A stretch of DNA of 64,000 nucleotides from Burkholderiales bacterium (GCA_022843705.1 JALHND010000001.1:26762-90761), one strand, 5' to 3'; numbered from the stretch's first letter, positions 28,033-39,220 are shown. Numbers and translations are program-made. Notes: generated by a model not told the origin, from the letters alone.

Positions 28033-29328
28033 ATGGAAGTACTGATCCTCGCCTGCCTGATCCTGCTGAACGGTGCCTTTGCAATGTCCGAGGTGGCGCT
28101 GCTGACCGCACGCCAGTCGAAACTGGCCACCCTCGCGCAACGCGGCGACAAACTGGCCGCGGCTGCGGTAAAGCTGAGCGCCGATCCGACGCGTTTTCTG
28201 TCGACCGTGCAGATCGGCATCACCTCGATCGGCCTGCTCAACGGCATCGTCGGCGAAGCCATCCTCGCGGAACCCTTTGCCGTCTGGCTGCAGGAGCAGG
28301 GGCTGGAGAACCGGACCAGCAACATCATCGCCACCGCCGTGGTGGTGGTGACCGTAACCTACTTCTCCATCGTGATCGGCGAAATCGTGCCCAAGCGCCT
28401 CGGGCAGCACAGCGCCGAAAACATATCGCGTTATGTGTCCTGGCCGATGCGCGGACTGGCCGCCGTTACCGCACCTTTTGTCCACCTGCTGACCGTGTCC
28501 ACCGATGCCGTGCTCGGCTTCGCTCTGCGCATCCTGCGCCTGCAGCCCCAGGAATCCGGACCGCAACCGCTGTCCATCGACGAAATCCGCACCATCGTGC
28601 TTGAGTCCTCCAACGTGCTGCCCAAAAAACATGCCTCGGTGCTGCTCAATCTGCTCGAGATCGGTGCAATCACGGTCGATGACGTGATGGTCCCGCGCAA
28701 CCAGATCGAGGGCATCAACATCGACCTGCCGCTGGAGGAACTCGCACAGCAGATATCGACGGCGCATCACCGGCGGGTTGTTGTCTACCAGGACCAGCTG
28801 GACAACGTGATTGGCACGCTGCGCGTGCGGCACGCGCTGACGCTGATCCAGCGCGAAGAGCTGACGCACGAAACTCTCCGCGAAATGATCCGCGAGCCCT
28901 ATTTCGTGCCCTCGTCCACGCCCCTGCTGTCACAAATCCAGAATTTCCAGGAACACGAGGACCGGGTCAGCCTGGTGGTCGATGAATACGGGGAAATCAT
29001 GGGACTGGTCACCCTGGAAGACATCCTCGAGGAAATCATCGGCGAGTTCACCACCCAGTCGCCGCTGATGGCCCGCGGCCTGCATCCCCAGCCGGACGGC
29101 AGCTATGTCATCGAGGGCAGCACGCTGCTGCGCGAACTCAACCGCAAGCTCGGCTTCGATTTCCCGCTGGATGGCCCGAAAACCCTGAACGGACTGATCC
29201 TGGAACACCTGCAGGACATCCCCGAACCCAACACCAGTGTCCGCATCGCCGGGCACCCGCTGGAAATCGTCCAGACCCAGGACCGGATCATCAAAAGTGT
29301 GCGGGTATTCACACCTCCCGCCCAATAG
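28033..29328 (+). CDS. HlyC/CorC-family transporter (DUF21-CBS pair-CorC_HlyC)
   Basis: 431 aa. N-terminal DUF21 (LLNGAFAMSEVALLTAR), a CBS pair region, and a C-terminal CorC_HlyC (DGSYVIEGSTLLRELN). Confidence 0.85.
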   Translation: MEVLILACLILLNGAFAMSEVALLTARQSKLATLAQRGDKLAAAAVKLSADPTRFLSTVQIGITSIGLLNGIVGEAILAEPFAVWLQEQGLENRTSNIIATAVVVVTVTYFSIVIGEIVPKRLGQHSAENISRYVSWPMRGLAAVTAPFVHLLTVSTDAVLGFALRILRLQPQESGPQPLSIDEIRTIVLESSNVLPKKHASVLLNLLEIGAITVDDVMVPRNQIEGINIDLPLEELAQQISTAHHRRVVVYQDQLDNVIGTLRVRHALTLIQREELTHETLREMIREPYFVPSSTPLLSQIQNFQEHEDRVSLVVDEYGEIMGLVTLEDILEEIIGEFTTQSPLMARGLHPQPDGSYVIEGSTLLRELNRKLGFDFPLDGPKTLNGLILEHLQDIPEPNTSVRIAGHPLEIVQTQDRIIKSVRVFTPPAQ

Positions 29329-29436
29329 GCGGTGAAACTCCGTACGCAGCCTTTACAACACCCTGCAGGACGGGCATCATTCCGTGAATAACCGATCGTA
29401 ACCTATTGGTTCATCGAAGAAATTTGGAGGTTCGTC

Positions 29437-30666
29437 ATGGCAACTGCAGCCGCTGCGGCTCGTAAATCCGAGATCAAGGAATACACCTTCCGCTGGGTCG
29501 GTCAGGACCGCGCGGGCAAAACCGTGCGCGGCGAAATGCAGGCCGGCGGCGAGGCGCAGGTCAATGCAGTGCTGCGCCGCCAGGGCATCAAGATCGTCGA
29601 AGTCAAGAAGCAGCGCATTGGCAGCGGTGGATCGGTATCCGAAAAGGACATCACGCTGTTCACCCGCCAGCTGGCCACCATGATGAAATCCGGCGTCCCG
29701 CTGCTGCAGGCCTTCGACATCGTCGGCAAGGGCCACAGCAACCCGGCGGTAGCCCGCCTGCTGATGACCATCAAGGCCGATGTCGAAACCGGGATGAGCC
29801 TGAAGCAGGCCTTCGAAAAACACCCGCTGCATTTTGATGCGCTGTTCTGCAACCTGGTCGGCGCCGGCGAAGCCGCCGGTATCCTGGAAAGCCTGCTCGA
29901 CCGCCTGGCGACCTACAAGGAAAAGATCCTCGCCATCAAGAGCAAGATCAAGTCCGCGCTGTTCTACCCGATCGCGATCATGGTGGTGGCGGTTGTCATC
30001 ACCGCGATCATCATGATCTTCGTGATCCCGGCGTTCAAGGACGTGTTCAAGAGTTTCGGCGCCGACCTGCCTGCACCGACGCTGATCGTGATGGCCATAT
30101 CCGATTTCGTGGTGGCCAACTGGTTCTACCTGTTCGGCGGCACCGGCGCCGCCCTCTATGCATTTTTCTGGACCTGGAAGCGGTCCACGAAAATGCAGAT
30201 GTACATGGACCGCTTTGCCCTGCGCGTACCGGTATTCGGCGACCTGATCCGCAAATCCTCGATCGCACGCTGGACGCGCACACTCGCCACCATGTTCGCC
30301 GCGGGTGTGCCATTGGTTGAAGCCCTGGGTTCAGTGGCTGGCGCAGCCGGCAATTACGAGTATTTCGTGGCCACCAAGAAAATCCAGTCCGAGGTCGCCA
30401 CCGGCTCCAGCCTGACCTCGTCGATGCAGGGCACCGAGGTATTTCCGAACATGGTGATCCAGATGACGATGATCGGCGAGGAGGCCGGCTCCCTGGACCA
30501 GATGCTGAGCAAGGTCGCCGACTTTTTCGAGGCCGAGGTGGACGACGCCGTGGAGGCGCTGTCCAGCCTGATGGAGCCGATGATCATGGTCATACTCGGT
30601 ACGCTGATCGGCGGCATGGTGATCGCCATGTACCTGCCGATCTTCAAGCTGGGATCCGCGGTATAG
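29437..30666 (+). CDS. pilC: type IV pilus assembly platform protein PilC (T2SS F family)
   Basis: 409 aa with a duplicated GspF domain (FTRQLATMMKSGVPLLQAF.. and ..WTRTLATMFAAGVPLVEAL). Followed by pilD. Confidence 0.9.
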   Translation: MATAAAAARKSEIKEYTFRWVGQDRAGKTVRGEMQAGGEAQVNAVLRRQGIKIVEVKKQRIGSGGSVSEKDITLFTRQLATMMKSGVPLLQAFDIVGKGHSNPAVARLLMTIKADVETGMSLKQAFEKHPLHFDALFCNLVGAGEAAGILESLLDRLATYKEKILAIKSKIKSALFYPIAIMVVAVVITAIIMIFVIPAFKDVFKSFGADLPAPTLIVMAISDFVVANWFYLFGGTGAALYAFFWTWKRSTKMQMYMDRFALRVPVFGDLIRKSSIARWTRTLATMFAAGVPLVEALGSVAGAAGNYEYFVATKKIQSEVATGSSLTSSMQGTEVFPNMVIQMTMIGEEAGSLDQMLSKVADFFEAEVDDAVEALSSLMEPMIMVILGTLIGGMVIAMYLPIFKLGSAV

Positions 30667-30745
30667 GTTTCCCCGGGCAACCACGCAGCAGCCTGCGGGC
30701 TGCGTTCAGGCCGGTCATGCCGGCAGCTCCAGCCATCATCCTGTC

Positions 30746-31588
30746 ATGCTGTCAGACCCCACTGTTTTCGCATTGAGCGCGGCGCTGGCCGGATTGTGCA
30801 TCGGCAGCTTCCTCAACGTTGTCATCCACCGCCTGCCGAAAATGATGGAACGGCAATGGCGGGCGGAATGCGCTGAACTGAACGGACAGGAAGCGCCGGC
30901 CGGGGAACGTTATAACCTCGTCGTGCCCCGCTCCGCCTGTCCCTCGTGCGGACGCCCGGTTGCGGCCGTCGAAAACATTCCGCTGCTCAGCTGGATCGTG
31001 CTGCGCGGCAAATGCGCCGGCTGCAAAGCCCCCATCTCCCTCCGGTATCCCGCCGTCGAGGCGCTCACTGCCGCTCTCTCGGCCTATCTTGCCTGGCACT
31101 TCGGTTTCGGACTGGCGGCTGCAGGCGCGCTGCTGTTTGCATGGACGATGATCGCGCTGACCTTCATCGATCTCGACACCTACTACCTGCCCGACAGCCT
31201 GACGCTGCCCCTGCTATGGGCAGGACTTCTGGTCAACATCAACGGCACTTTCGCGCCGCTGCAGTCTGCCGTCATCGGCGCCGCTGCCGGCTACCTGAGC
31301 CTGTGGACGGTGTACTGGGTCTTCAAATGGGCGACCGGCAAGGAAGGCATGGGCTACGGCGACTTCAAGCTGCTGGCTGCGATCGGCGCCTGGCTGGGTT
31401 GGCAGATGCTGCCGCTCACCATCCTGCTCTCCTCGCTGGTCGGCGCCGTGATCGGCATCGGATTGATCGTGTTTGCCGGACGCGGTCGCAGCGTGCCCAT
31501 CCCCTTCGGTCCCTATCTCGCGATTGCCGGGCTGATCGCATTGGCCCACGGACCGGCGCTGACCCGCGCCTGGTTCGGTCCGCTCTGA
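30746..31588 (+). CDS. pilD: prepilin peptidase / N-methyltransferase PilD (A24 family)
   Basis: 280 aa with a zinc-ribbon CPSCG...CAGC, catalytic GMGYGDFKLLAAIGAW, and multiple TM segments. Confidence 0.9.
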   Translation: MLSDPTVFALSAALAGLCIGSFLNVVIHRLPKMMERQWRAECAELNGQEAPAGERYNLVVPRSACPSCGRPVAAVENIPLLSWIVLRGKCAGCKAPISLRYPAVEALTAALSAYLAWHFGFGLAAAGALLFAWTMIALTFIDLDTYYLPDSLTLPLLWAGLLVNINGTFAPLQSAVIGAAAGYLSLWTVYWVFKWATGKEGMGYGDFKLLAAIGAWLGWQMLPLTILLSSLVGAVIGIGLIVFAGRGRSVPIPFGPYLAIAGLIALAHGPALTRAWFGPL

Positions 31589-31591
31589 CCG

Positions 31592-32212
31592 ATGCCGTAC
31601 TGCGTGGGCGTCACCGGCGGCATCGGGTCCGGCAAATCACGGGCAGCGGCCATGTTCGGCGAAATGGGTGCCGGCGTCGTCGATACCGACGAAATTTCCC
31701 ACCAGATCACCGCCAGTGGCGGCAGCGCCATGCCGGAGATTGTCGCCGCATTCGGACCGTCTGCGGCGGCCGCCGACGGCAGCCTGGACCGCGCCGCGAT
31801 GCGGCAGCGGATTTTCGGCGACGCTCCGGCCCGCAGGCAGCTCGAAAACATCCTGCATCCGCGCATCCGGGAGGCCGCACGCAGCCGCATCAACGAATCA
31901 GCCGCGCCCTATGTATTGCTGGTGGTGCCGCTGCTGCTGGAAACCGGCGCCTATCGAGACATCGTCCGGCGGATACTGGTGGTTGATTGCGATGAAGCGC
32001 TGCAGGTCAGCCGCACCATCGCCCGCAGCCGGCTTGACGAACCCTCGGTACGGGCGATCATGGCTGCGCAGATCTCCCGCACTGAACGGCTGGCACGCGC
32101 CGACGACATCATCCGCAACGACGGAGACGTCGAAGAGCTGCGCCGGCAGGTCGCGATGCTCCACGGCAAATACGTGAAACTGGCCGCGGACGAAGGCCGG
32201 CCACAGCCCTGA
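31592..32212 (+). CDS. coaE: dephospho-CoA kinase
   Basis: 206 aa with P-loop VGVTGGIGSGKS and ILHPRI. Sits in the conserved pilD-coaE-zapD-yacG order. Confidence 0.9.
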   Translation: MPYCVGVTGGIGSGKSRAAAMFGEMGAGVVDTDEISHQITASGGSAMPEIVAAFGPSAAAADGSLDRAAMRQRIFGDAPARRQLENILHPRIREAARSRINESAAPYVLLVVPLLLETGAYRDIVRRILVVDCDEALQVSRTIARSRLDEPSVRAIMAAQISRTERLARADDIIRNDGDVEELRRQVAMLHGKYVKLAADEGRPQP

Positions 32213-32243
32213 AACGGCATTAAGCCTTTATTTTTTCTGGTTT

Positions 32244-33053
32244 TTGTTTGATACTCCCGCAACCGCATTTCCAACCTTCCCATCGGGCGCACAGGACGTG
32301 ATTGTCTACGAACATCCGCTGAGCGAGCGCGTGCGCACCCTGCTGCGCCTGGAAGACCTGTTCGAACGCATCGAGTATTTTCAGGGCCGCAACGATTCGC
32401 CGGAGCACCACGTCGCATTGCTGCTGATATTCGAGATTCTCGAAGTGGCCAGCCGTGCCGACCTCAAGTCCGACCTGCTGCAGGAACTGGAGCGGCAGAA
32501 ACAGACCCTGGAAGCCCTGCGCGAGAACCCCGACATTTCCGAGGAGGCTCTCGACAACGTGCTGTGGCAGATTGACCAGGCATCGTCGCGGCTGTTCCAG
32601 GCATCCGGCAAGGTCGGGCAGGAACTGCGGGAAAACGAGTGGCTGATGAGCATCAAGCAGCGCACGGCGATTCCCGGTGGCGTCTGCGAGTTTGACCTGC
32701 CTTCCTACCATTACTGGCTGCAGCAGACCGCCGAAGTCCGCCGCCACGACCTGCAGCAGTGGCTGGCGCCGTTCCTGCCGACCCGCGATGCGATCAACAT
32801 CGTGCTGCGGCTGCTGCGTGAAAGCGGCAAGACCACCGCACAGACCGCACAACAGGGCGTCTACCAGCAGATGATGGCCGGCCGCATGGCGCAGATGCTG
32901 CGCATCGGCCTGTCCGGCGAATACGCCTGCATACCGGAAATCAGCGCCAACAAGTACGCGCTGAACATCCGCTTCACCACCCAGGAGGGCATCCAGCGTC
33001 CCAGGGCATCGGACACGGATGTCGAATTCGAACTGACCTTCTGCAATCTCTGA
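32244..33053 (+). CDS. zapD: cell division protein ZapD
   Basis: Contains VIVYEHPLSERVRTLLRLEDLFERI...EISANKYALNIRF, typical of ZapD. Start is uncertain: TTG at 32244 from the track, or GTG at 32298. Confidence 0.85.
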   Translation: MFDTPATAFPTFPSGAQDVIVYEHPLSERVRTLLRLEDLFERIEYFQGRNDSPEHHVALLLIFEILEVASRADLKSDLLQELERQKQTLEALRENPDISEEALDNVLWQIDQASSRLFQASGKVGQELRENEWLMSIKQRTAIPGGVCEFDLPSYHYWLQQTAEVRRHDLQQWLAPFLPTRDAINIVLRLLRESGKTTAQTAQQGVYQQMMAGRMAQMLRIGLSGEYACIPEISANKYALNIRFTTQEGIQRPRASDTDVEFELTFCNL

Positions 33054-33056
33054 ACC

Positions 33057-33257
33057 ATGGCGGGAAGGATCGTGTCCTGCCCCCATTGCGGGGCCAGCAT
33101 TGAATGGAATCCGGCCAACCGTTTCCGTCCATTCTGTTCGGAACGCTGCAAGATGATCGACCTTGGCGCCTGGGCCACCGAACGTTACCGCGTACCGGTC
33201 GCGGAATCCGACGAATCCTCACTTCCCGATGCGGACGAGGCGCCGCGTCCGAACTGA
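33057..33257 (+). CDS. yacG: DNA gyrase inhibitor YacG (zinc finger)
   Basis: 66 aa with CPHCG...[16 protein letters not shown]. Confidence 0.85.
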   Translation: MAGRIVSCPHCGASIEWNPANRFRPFCSERCKMIDLGAWATERYRVPVAESDESSLPDADEAPRPN

Positions 33258-34217
33258 CTAGAGGCTCCAGGCCCCGCGCAACATGGCCAGGCCATGCGCG
33301 CCGCTCGCCAGCGCCTGCTCCCGGTGTTCGGGCCGCATGCCCCCGAGTGCCAGCACCGGAATCCTCGCGTCCGCAACCATGCTGCGGAAACCGGTCCAGC
33401 CGAGCGGCAGCGCATCAGGGTGAGTCGGAGTCGGCAGCACCGGACCAAGCACAGCAAAATCAATTCCCGCCGCCTCGGCACGCCGCAGTTCGGCGCTGTC
33501 ATGGCAGGACGCACCCACCAGCGGAAAATCCGGGCGCTGCCTGATGCCCTGCAACTGGGCCGCGGTCAGGTGCACGCCGTCGGCGCCGCTGCGCCGTGCG
33601 AGCTCGATATCGGCATTGACCAGCACCCGCGCCCCACTGGCATGAGCCAGGCCGACCACCTCGGCCGTGTAACGCGCGAAAAGCTCCGCAGGCCAGCCCC
33701 TGCTGCCCCGCACCTGGATCAGGCGCAGTCCGCCGCGCAGTGCGCAATCAATGCGCTCCAGCGCCGCAGGGTATTCGGCCGCAGTGAATCCGGTAATGCC
33801 ATAGGTCTCCGGCACCGCCAACGCACGCATGATCGGGCCGTTGGCAGGCAGCAGGGGAGCCACATCGACCGCCTCCAGCCGCTGCCAGGCGAAAGCCTGG
33901 GATTCACGTCCGTGAAGCTCGCCGCGCCAGCCCCTTACCCGGAAAAAATGCAGTCGCACATCGGCATGGGGATAATCGAATTCGCGGATCAGCCAGGGAT
34001 AGGCTGCGGTGACCTCGATGCCGAGCTCCTCGTGGAGTTCACGCGACAGCGCCGCTTCCGGCGATTCACCGGCTTCGACCTTGCCTCCGGGAAATTCCCA
34101 GTAACCTGCGTAGGCCTTGCCCTGCGGACGCTGGGCCAGCAGAAAACGGCCATCCGCCTGTTGCAGCACCGCGGCAACCACCGCGATGCGGCGGCGGACC
34201 GCCGGCTGTTCAGTCAT
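33258..34217 (-). CDS. Nudix hydrolase (MutT-like 8-oxo-dGTP diphosphatase) fused to a thiamine-phosphate-synthase-like (TMP-TENI) domain
   Basis: 319 aa. Nudix box GGKVEAGESPEAALSRELHEELGI in the N-terminal half. The C-terminal half is ThiE-like (RLIQVR...GADGVHL...GASCH...GIDFAVLGPV). Its stop abuts the yacG stop. Confidence 0.8.
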   Translation of the reverse strand: MTEQPAVRRRIAVVAAVLQQADGRFLLAQRPQGKAYAGYWEFPGGKVEAGESPEAALSRELHEELGIEVTAAYPWLIREFDYPHADVRLHFFRVRGWRGELHGRESQAFAWQRLEAVDVAPLLPANGPIMRALAVPETYGITGFTAAEYPAALERIDCALRGGLRLIQVRGSRGWPAELFARYTAEVVGLAHASGARVLVNADIELARRSGADGVHLTAAQLQGIRQRPDFPLVGASCHDSAELRRAEAAGIDFAVLGPVLPTPTHPDALPLGWTGFRSMVADARIPVLALGGMRPEHREQALASGAHGLAMLRGAWSL

Positions 34218-34222
34218 CGGCC

Positions 34223-35125
34223 CTAGTTGCGGCGCGCCAGCCGCGAGCGGCCCGCCCAGTCACGCGCAAACTGCCAGGCCACACGGCCACTGCGGGATCC
34301 CCGCAACAGCGCCCATTGCAGCGCTGCATGCTCGACCTCCGCGGTTTTGCCGGACGGCACCTTGAAGTGGTCGAGCCAGACACGGACGATGCCCAGGTAC
34401 TCGTCCTGGTCGAAGGGATAGAACGAGACCCAGAGACCGAAGCGCTCGGACAGGGAAATCTTTTCCTCGCTGGTTTCGCCGGGATGGATTTCCTCGCCGA
34501 CATGCCGGTATTCGAGATTTTCCTGCATGAACTCGGGCATCAGGTGGCGGCGGTTCGAGGTCGCATAGATCAGGCAGTTTTCCGACGCGGCGGCGACCGA
34601 ACCGTCAAGCACCACTTTCAAAGCCTTGTAACCGGGCTCGTCGGCCTCGAACGACAGGTCATCACAGTAGAGAATGTAACGTTCGGGACGCGCGTGGATC
34701 AGCTCGACAATGTCCGGCAGATCGGTCAGGTCGCGCTTCTCCACTTCGATCAGCCGCAGGCCGCGTGGCGCATACTTGTTCAGCAGTGCCTTGACCAGCG
34801 ACGACTTGCCGGTGCCGCGGGCGCCGGTGAGCAGGACGTTGTTCGCAGGCAGTCCGTCGACGAATTGCCGGGTATTGCGCTCGACCAGGTTCTTCTGGTC
34901 ATCGATGCCCTGCAGGTCGCGCAAATCGATGCGGTGCACCTGGTGTATCGGTTCCAGGTTTCCCTGGCCCGACTTCTTGCGCCAGCGGAAGGCGATCGAC
35001 GCCTTCCAGTCAATCGGCGGAGGCGAAGGCGGCAGCAGCTGCTCGAGCCGTCCCAGCACGCCTTCGGCGCGCGCCACCAGGTTTTCCCATGACACAGCCG
35101 GATTTTCAGGCGGCTTTTTATTCAT
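34223..35125 (-). CDS. DUF815-family P-loop ATPase
   Basis: 300 aa with Walker A LLTGARGTGKSSLVKALL, Walker B-like ILYCDDLSF, and ATSNRRHL. Confidence 0.75.
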   Translation of the reverse strand: MNKKPPENPAVSWENLVARAEGVLGRLEQLLPPSPPPIDWKASIAFRWRKKSGQGNLEPIHQVHRIDLRDLQGIDDQKNLVERNTRQFVDGLPANNVLLTGARGTGKSSLVKALLNKYAPRGLRLIEVEKRDLTDLPDIVELIHARPERYILYCDDLSFEADEPGYKALKVVLDGSVAAASENCLIYATSNRRHLMPEFMQENLEYRHVGEEIHPGETSEEKISLSERFGLWVSFYPFDQDEYLGIVRVWLDHFKVPSGKTAEVEHAALQWALLRGSRSGRVAWQFARDWAGRSRLARRN

Positions 35126-35149
35126 AACTATTTGTTTTTATTGATAAAA

Positions 35150-36388
35150 TTAGCTTCTGTAGTCGGCATTGATGCTGACATAGTCATGCGACAGATCACA
35201 GGTCCATACGGTCGCCGCAGCCTTGCCTCGGTTCAGCACCACGCGCACCGTGATCTCGGCCTGCTTCATCACGCGCTGGCCGTCGGACTCCCGGTACGAC
35301 GGGCTGCGCCCGCCATGCTCCGCCACCAGCACGTCATCGAGATAAAGTTCGATGCCTTCGACTTCGAGATCGGCGATGCCGGCATAACCGATCGCCGCAA
35401 GTATCCGGCCGAGGTTCGGATCGGATGCAAAAAAAGCGGTTTTGATCAGCGGCGAATGCGCTATGGCCAGTGCAACCTTGCGGCATTCCTCCTCGTTGCG
35501 GCCTGAGTCAACCTTGACGGTGATGAACTTGGTTGCCCCCTCGCCGTCGCGGATGATCGCCTGGGCAAGTTCGATCGCCACCGCAGTCACGGCATCACGG
35601 AAAGCCGTGTACTCGGCGCTTTTTGCATCGACAATCTCCGCCATCGCCGCCTTGCCGGTGGCCATCAGCATGAAACTGTCATTGGTCGAAGTATCGCCAT
35701 CGACGGTGATGCAATTGAACGAGCGCTGCGCGGCATGGGCAACCGCGGACCTGACCAGTACCTGGCTCACCACGGCATCGGTCGCAATGAAACCGAGCAT
35801 GGTCGCCATGTTGGGATGAATCATGCCGGCACCCTTGGCAATGCCGGTCACAGTCACCGTCGCACCGCCGATGATGAACTGGCGGGAAACCGCCTTCGGC
35901 AGCGTGTCGGTGGTCATGATCGCCGCGGCGGCATCCGCCCAGACATCGGCGCGCAGTACATCCCGGCATTGCGGCAGTCCGGCGATGATGCGGTCCACCG
36001 GCAACGGCTCCATGATGACCCCGGTCGAAAACGGCAGCACCTGCGACGGCAGGCAGCCAAGCAGTCGCGCCGCTTCGGCGCAGGTCTGACGTGCGCGTGC
36101 GAGTCCGTCCTTGCCGGTGCCTGCATTCGCCACACCGGTATTGATCACCAGTGCGCGTATGCCCTGGCCGGGATCAATCATCGACAGGTGCTGGCGGCAG
36201 ACCACCACCGGCGCGGCACAGAAACGGTTCTGCGTGAACACGCCGGCAACACGGGTGCCGGCTTCAAGTCCGATAAGCAGCAGGTCCTTGCGGCCCGCCT
36301 TGCGGATGCCGGCCTGGGCAATACCCAGCATCACGCCGGGAACCGGCAGCAGCGACGCGGGATCGGGTGCGTTCAGGTTGACGGGCAT
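35150..36388 (-). CDS. argJ: bifunctional glutamate N-acetyltransferase / amino-acid acetyltransferase ArgJ
   Basis: ORF trimmed to the ATG at 36388 ([10 protein letters not shown]...), 4 nt after the secA stop. The autoprocessing site [11 protein letters not shown] is present. Confidence 0.92.
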   Translation of the reverse strand: MPVNLNAPDPASLLPVPGVMLGIAQAGIRKAGRKDLLLIGLEAGTRVAGVFTQNRFCAAPVVVCRQHLSMIDPGQGIRALVINTGVANAGTGKDGLARARQTCAEAARLLGCLPSQVLPFSTGVIMEPLPVDRIIAGLPQCRDVLRADVWADAAAAIMTTDTLPKAVSRQFIIGGATVTVTGIAKGAGMIHPNMATMLGFIATDAVVSQVLVRSAVAHAAQRSFNCITVDGDTSTNDSFMLMATGKAAMAEIVDAKSAEYTAFRDAVTAVAIELAQAIIRDGEGATKFITVKVDSGRNEEECRKVALAIAHSPLIKTAFFASDPNLGRILAAIGYAGIADLEVEGIELYLDDVLVAEHGGRSPSYRESDGQRVMKQAEITVRVVLNRGKAAATVWTCDLSHDYVSINADYRS

Positions 36389-36392
36389 GGCA

Positions 36393-39179
36393 TCAGGCGA
36401 GTTTGCCGTGGCACTGCTTGTATTTTTTCCCGGATCCGCAGGGGCAGGGATCGTTGCGGCCGATTTTTTGCCCGCCGCGCACAAAAGGCTGCAGCTTTTC
36501 GGATTCCGCGTCGGATGCAGGCAACACCGATTCCTCGGACACCTCGTCGGCCGCGTCCGCCACCGCCTCGGCATGCTGGTACTGGACATTGCTCAGTTTT
36601 TCGTGCTCCTCGGCCGCACGCAATTCCTCCGCACTGCGGATCTGCACGGTCATCAGGATCCGCGTGACATCGGTCTTGATCATGTCGAGCAGCAGCGAAA
36701 ACAGCTCGAAAGCCTCCCGCTTGTATTCCTGTGTCGGGTTCTTCTGGGCGTAACCGCGCAGGTGTATGCCCTGGCGCAGGTGATCCAGCGCCGACAGGTG
36801 CTCCCGCCAGTGGCTGTCCAGGCTTTGCAGCATGATGGCGCGTTCGTATTGGCGCATTGCCGCCGGATCAACCGTTGCCGTCTTCTCGGCGTAACGGGCA
36901 TGTGCCGCATCAACGATGCGCTGTCGCAGGGAATCCTCCTCGAGCTGCGGACTGAGCTCAAGCCACTGCCGCAACGGCAGCTCAAGCCCCAGTTCGCTGC
37001 GCAGAACCGCTTCCAGCCCTTCGATGTCCCACTGCTCTTCCAGGCTGCCCGGCACGACGTGCGTCGCGAAGTGGGCGGAAATGACGTCGGCACGCATCGC
37101 CGCTATGGTCGCCGAAACATCCGCGCTCTCCAGAAGCTCGTTGCGCTGCTGATAGATCACCTTGCGCTGGTCGTTGGCGACATCGTCGTACTCAAGAAGA
37201 TGCTTGCGCATGTCGAAGTTGCGTGCCTCGACCTTGCGCTGGGCGTTCTCGATGGATCTCGTGACCCAGGGGTGCTCGATGGCCTCGCCTTCGGGCATTT
37301 TCAGGCGGTTCATGATCGCGGCGACCCGGTCCGACGCGAATATCCGCAGCAGGGAATCGTCGAGTGCCAGGTAAAAACGGCTGGAGCCCGGATCACCCTG
37401 GCGGCCGGCGCGGCCACGCAGCTGGTTGTCGATGCGTCGTGATTCGTGGCGCTCGGTGCCGATGATGTGCAGGCCGCCGGCCTTGACGACCTCGTTGTGG
37501 CGCAACTGCCACTGCTCGCGCAGTTCGGCCACCCGCCGCTCGCGGGCAGCGGCGTCGAGGCTCTCATCGGCCAATACCCGGTTGATCTCGGGCTCGGGGT
37601 TTCCGCCGAGCACGATGTCCGTGCCCCGCCCCGCCATGTTGGTGGCCAGGGTGATGATCTTCGGGCTGCCGGCCTGGGCGACGATCTCGGCTTCCCGTGC
37701 ATGCTGCTTGGCGTTGAGCACGTTGTGCGGCAGGCCTTCCTTGGCCAGGATGCCCGAGATGTATTCCGAGTTCTCGATTGATGTCGTGCCCACCAGCACC
37801 GGCTGGCCGCGCCCGTGACATTCGCGGATGTCACTGATGATCGCGCTGTATTTTTCAGCCGCCGTGCGGAACACCTGGTCCATGCGGTCATCCCGGACCA
37901 TCGGACGGTGCGTGGGTATGATCACCGTCTCAAGCCCGTAGATCTGCTGGAATTCGTAGGCCTCGGTGTCCGCCGTGCCGGTCATGCCCGCCAGCTTTCC
38001 GTACATCCGGAAATAGTTCTGGAAGGTGATTGTCGCCAGCGTCTGGTTTTCCTTCTGGATCTCCACGCCCTCCTTGGCCTCGATGGCCTGGTGCAAACCC
38101 TCCGACCAGCGGCGGCCGGGCATCAGCCTGCCGGTAAACTCGTCAACGATGATGATCTCGTTGTTCTGCACCACGTACTGCTGGTCGCGGTGGAACAGGC
38201 TGTGTGCGCGCAGTGACGCATTCAGGTGATGCATCAGCCCGATGTTGGCTGCGTCGTAAAGGCTGCCGCCTTCGGCCAGCAGGCCGGCCTTCGCCAGCAG
38301 CGCCTCGGCGTGTTCATGGCCCTCCTCGGAGAGCACGACCTGGTGGGCTTTCTCGTCAACCCAGTAGTCGCCCGGCCCCTTTTCATCCTTTTGCCGGACG
38401 AGTTTCGGGGTCACCGCGTTGATATGCCCGTAGAGATCAGTATTGTCCTCGGCCTGCCCGGAAATGATCAAAGGCGTGCGCGCCTCATCAATCAGGATGG
38501 AATCGACCTCGTCGACAATCGCGAAAGCCAGCCCGCGCTGGACCTTTTCGGACGTCTCGTAGACCATGTTGTCGCGCAGGTAGTCGAAGCCAAACTCGTT
38601 GTTGGTGCCGTAGGTGATGTCGGCGCGGTAGGCTTCCTGCTTGCGGTCATGCTCCATCTGCGACAGGTTGACGCCGACGGTCAGCCCGAGGAAGCGGTAG
38701 ATGCGTCCCATCCAGTCGGCATCGCGCTGCGCCAGATAGTCATTGACCGTCACTACATGGACCCCGGTGCCCGCCAGCGCATTGAGATAGGCCGGCAGCG
38801 TGGCCACCAGCGTCTTGCCCTCACCGGTACGCATCTCGGCAATCTTGCCGTTGTGCAGGGCGATGCCGCCCACCAGCTGCACGTCGAAATGACGCATGCC
38901 CAGCACCCGTTTCCCGGCCTCGCGCACCACGGCGAAGGCTTCGGGCAGGATTTCGTCAAGCGCAGCACGACGCGCAGCCATCTGCCTGTCGGGTGCGGCG
39001 GCGGCCACCGCCTTGGCAATGCGCTCCCTGAATTCATCCGTTTTCGCACGCAGCCGGTCATCCGGCAATGCCTCAACCTGCGGCTCGAAGGCGTTGATCG
39101 CGCGGACCGTGCGACGGTACTGCTTGAGCAACCGTTCGTTGCGGCTGCCGAATACTTTCCTGAATAAGCCGGTAATCAT
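36393..39179 (-). CDS. secA: preprotein translocase ATPase SecA
   Basis: ORF trimmed to the ATG at 39179 ([21 protein letters not shown]). Contains [14 protein letters not shown], a DEAD-like [19 protein letters not shown], and the C-terminal zinc motif [14 protein letters not shown]. Confidence 0.96.
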   Translation of the reverse strand: MITGLFRKVFGSRNERLLKQYRRTVRAINAFEPQVEALPDDRLRAKTDEFRERIAKAVAAAAPDRQMAARRAALDEILPEAFAVVREAGKRVLGMRHFDVQLVGGIALHNGKIAEMRTGEGKTLVATLPAYLNALAGTGVHVVTVNDYLAQRDADWMGRIYRFLGLTVGVNLSQMEHDRKQEAYRADITYGTNNEFGFDYLRDNMVYETSEKVQRGLAFAIVDEVDSILIDEARTPLIISGQAEDNTDLYGHINAVTPKLVRQKDEKGPGDYWVDEKAHQVVLSEEGHEHAEALLAKAGLLAEGGSLYDAANIGLMHHLNASLRAHSLFHRDQQYVVQNNEIIIVDEFTGRLMPGRRWSEGLHQAIEAKEGVEIQKENQTLATITFQNYFRMYGKLAGMTGTADTEAYEFQQIYGLETVIIPTHRPMVRDDRMDQVFRTAAEKYSAIISDIRECHGRGQPVLVGTTSIENSEYISGILAKEGLPHNVLNAKQHAREAEIVAQAGSPKIITLATNMAGRGTDIVLGGNPEPEINRVLADESLDAAARERRVAELREQWQLRHNEVVKAGGLHIIGTERHESRRIDNQLRGRAGRQGDPGSSRFYLALDDSLLRIFASDRVAAIMNRLKMPEGEAIEHPWVTRSIENAQRKVEARNFDMRKHLLEYDDVANDQRKVIYQQRNELLESADVSATIAAMRADVISAHFATHVVPGSLEEQWDIEGLEAVLRSELGLELPLRQWLELSPQLEEDSLRQRIVDAAHARYAEKTATVDPAAMRQYERAIMLQSLDSHWREHLSALDHLRQGIHLRGYAQKNPTQEYKREAFELFSLLLDMIKTDVTRILMTVQIRSAEELRAAEEHEKLSNVQYQHAEAVADAADEVSEESVLPASDAESEKLQPFVRGGQKIGRNDPCPCGSGKKYKQCHGKLA

Positions 39180-39192
39180 GGACATCCTGAAT

Positions 39193-39220
39193 AAAAAAGG
39201 GGTGGGAAAATCCCACCCCT
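39193..39220 (-). terminator. terminator-like hairpin between the M23 peptidase gene and secA
   Basis: Minus strand: AGGGGTGGGA-TTT-TCCCACCCCT (10-bp perfect stem) followed by TTTTTTATT. The T tract ends about 14 nt before the secA ATG. Confidence 0.5.
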
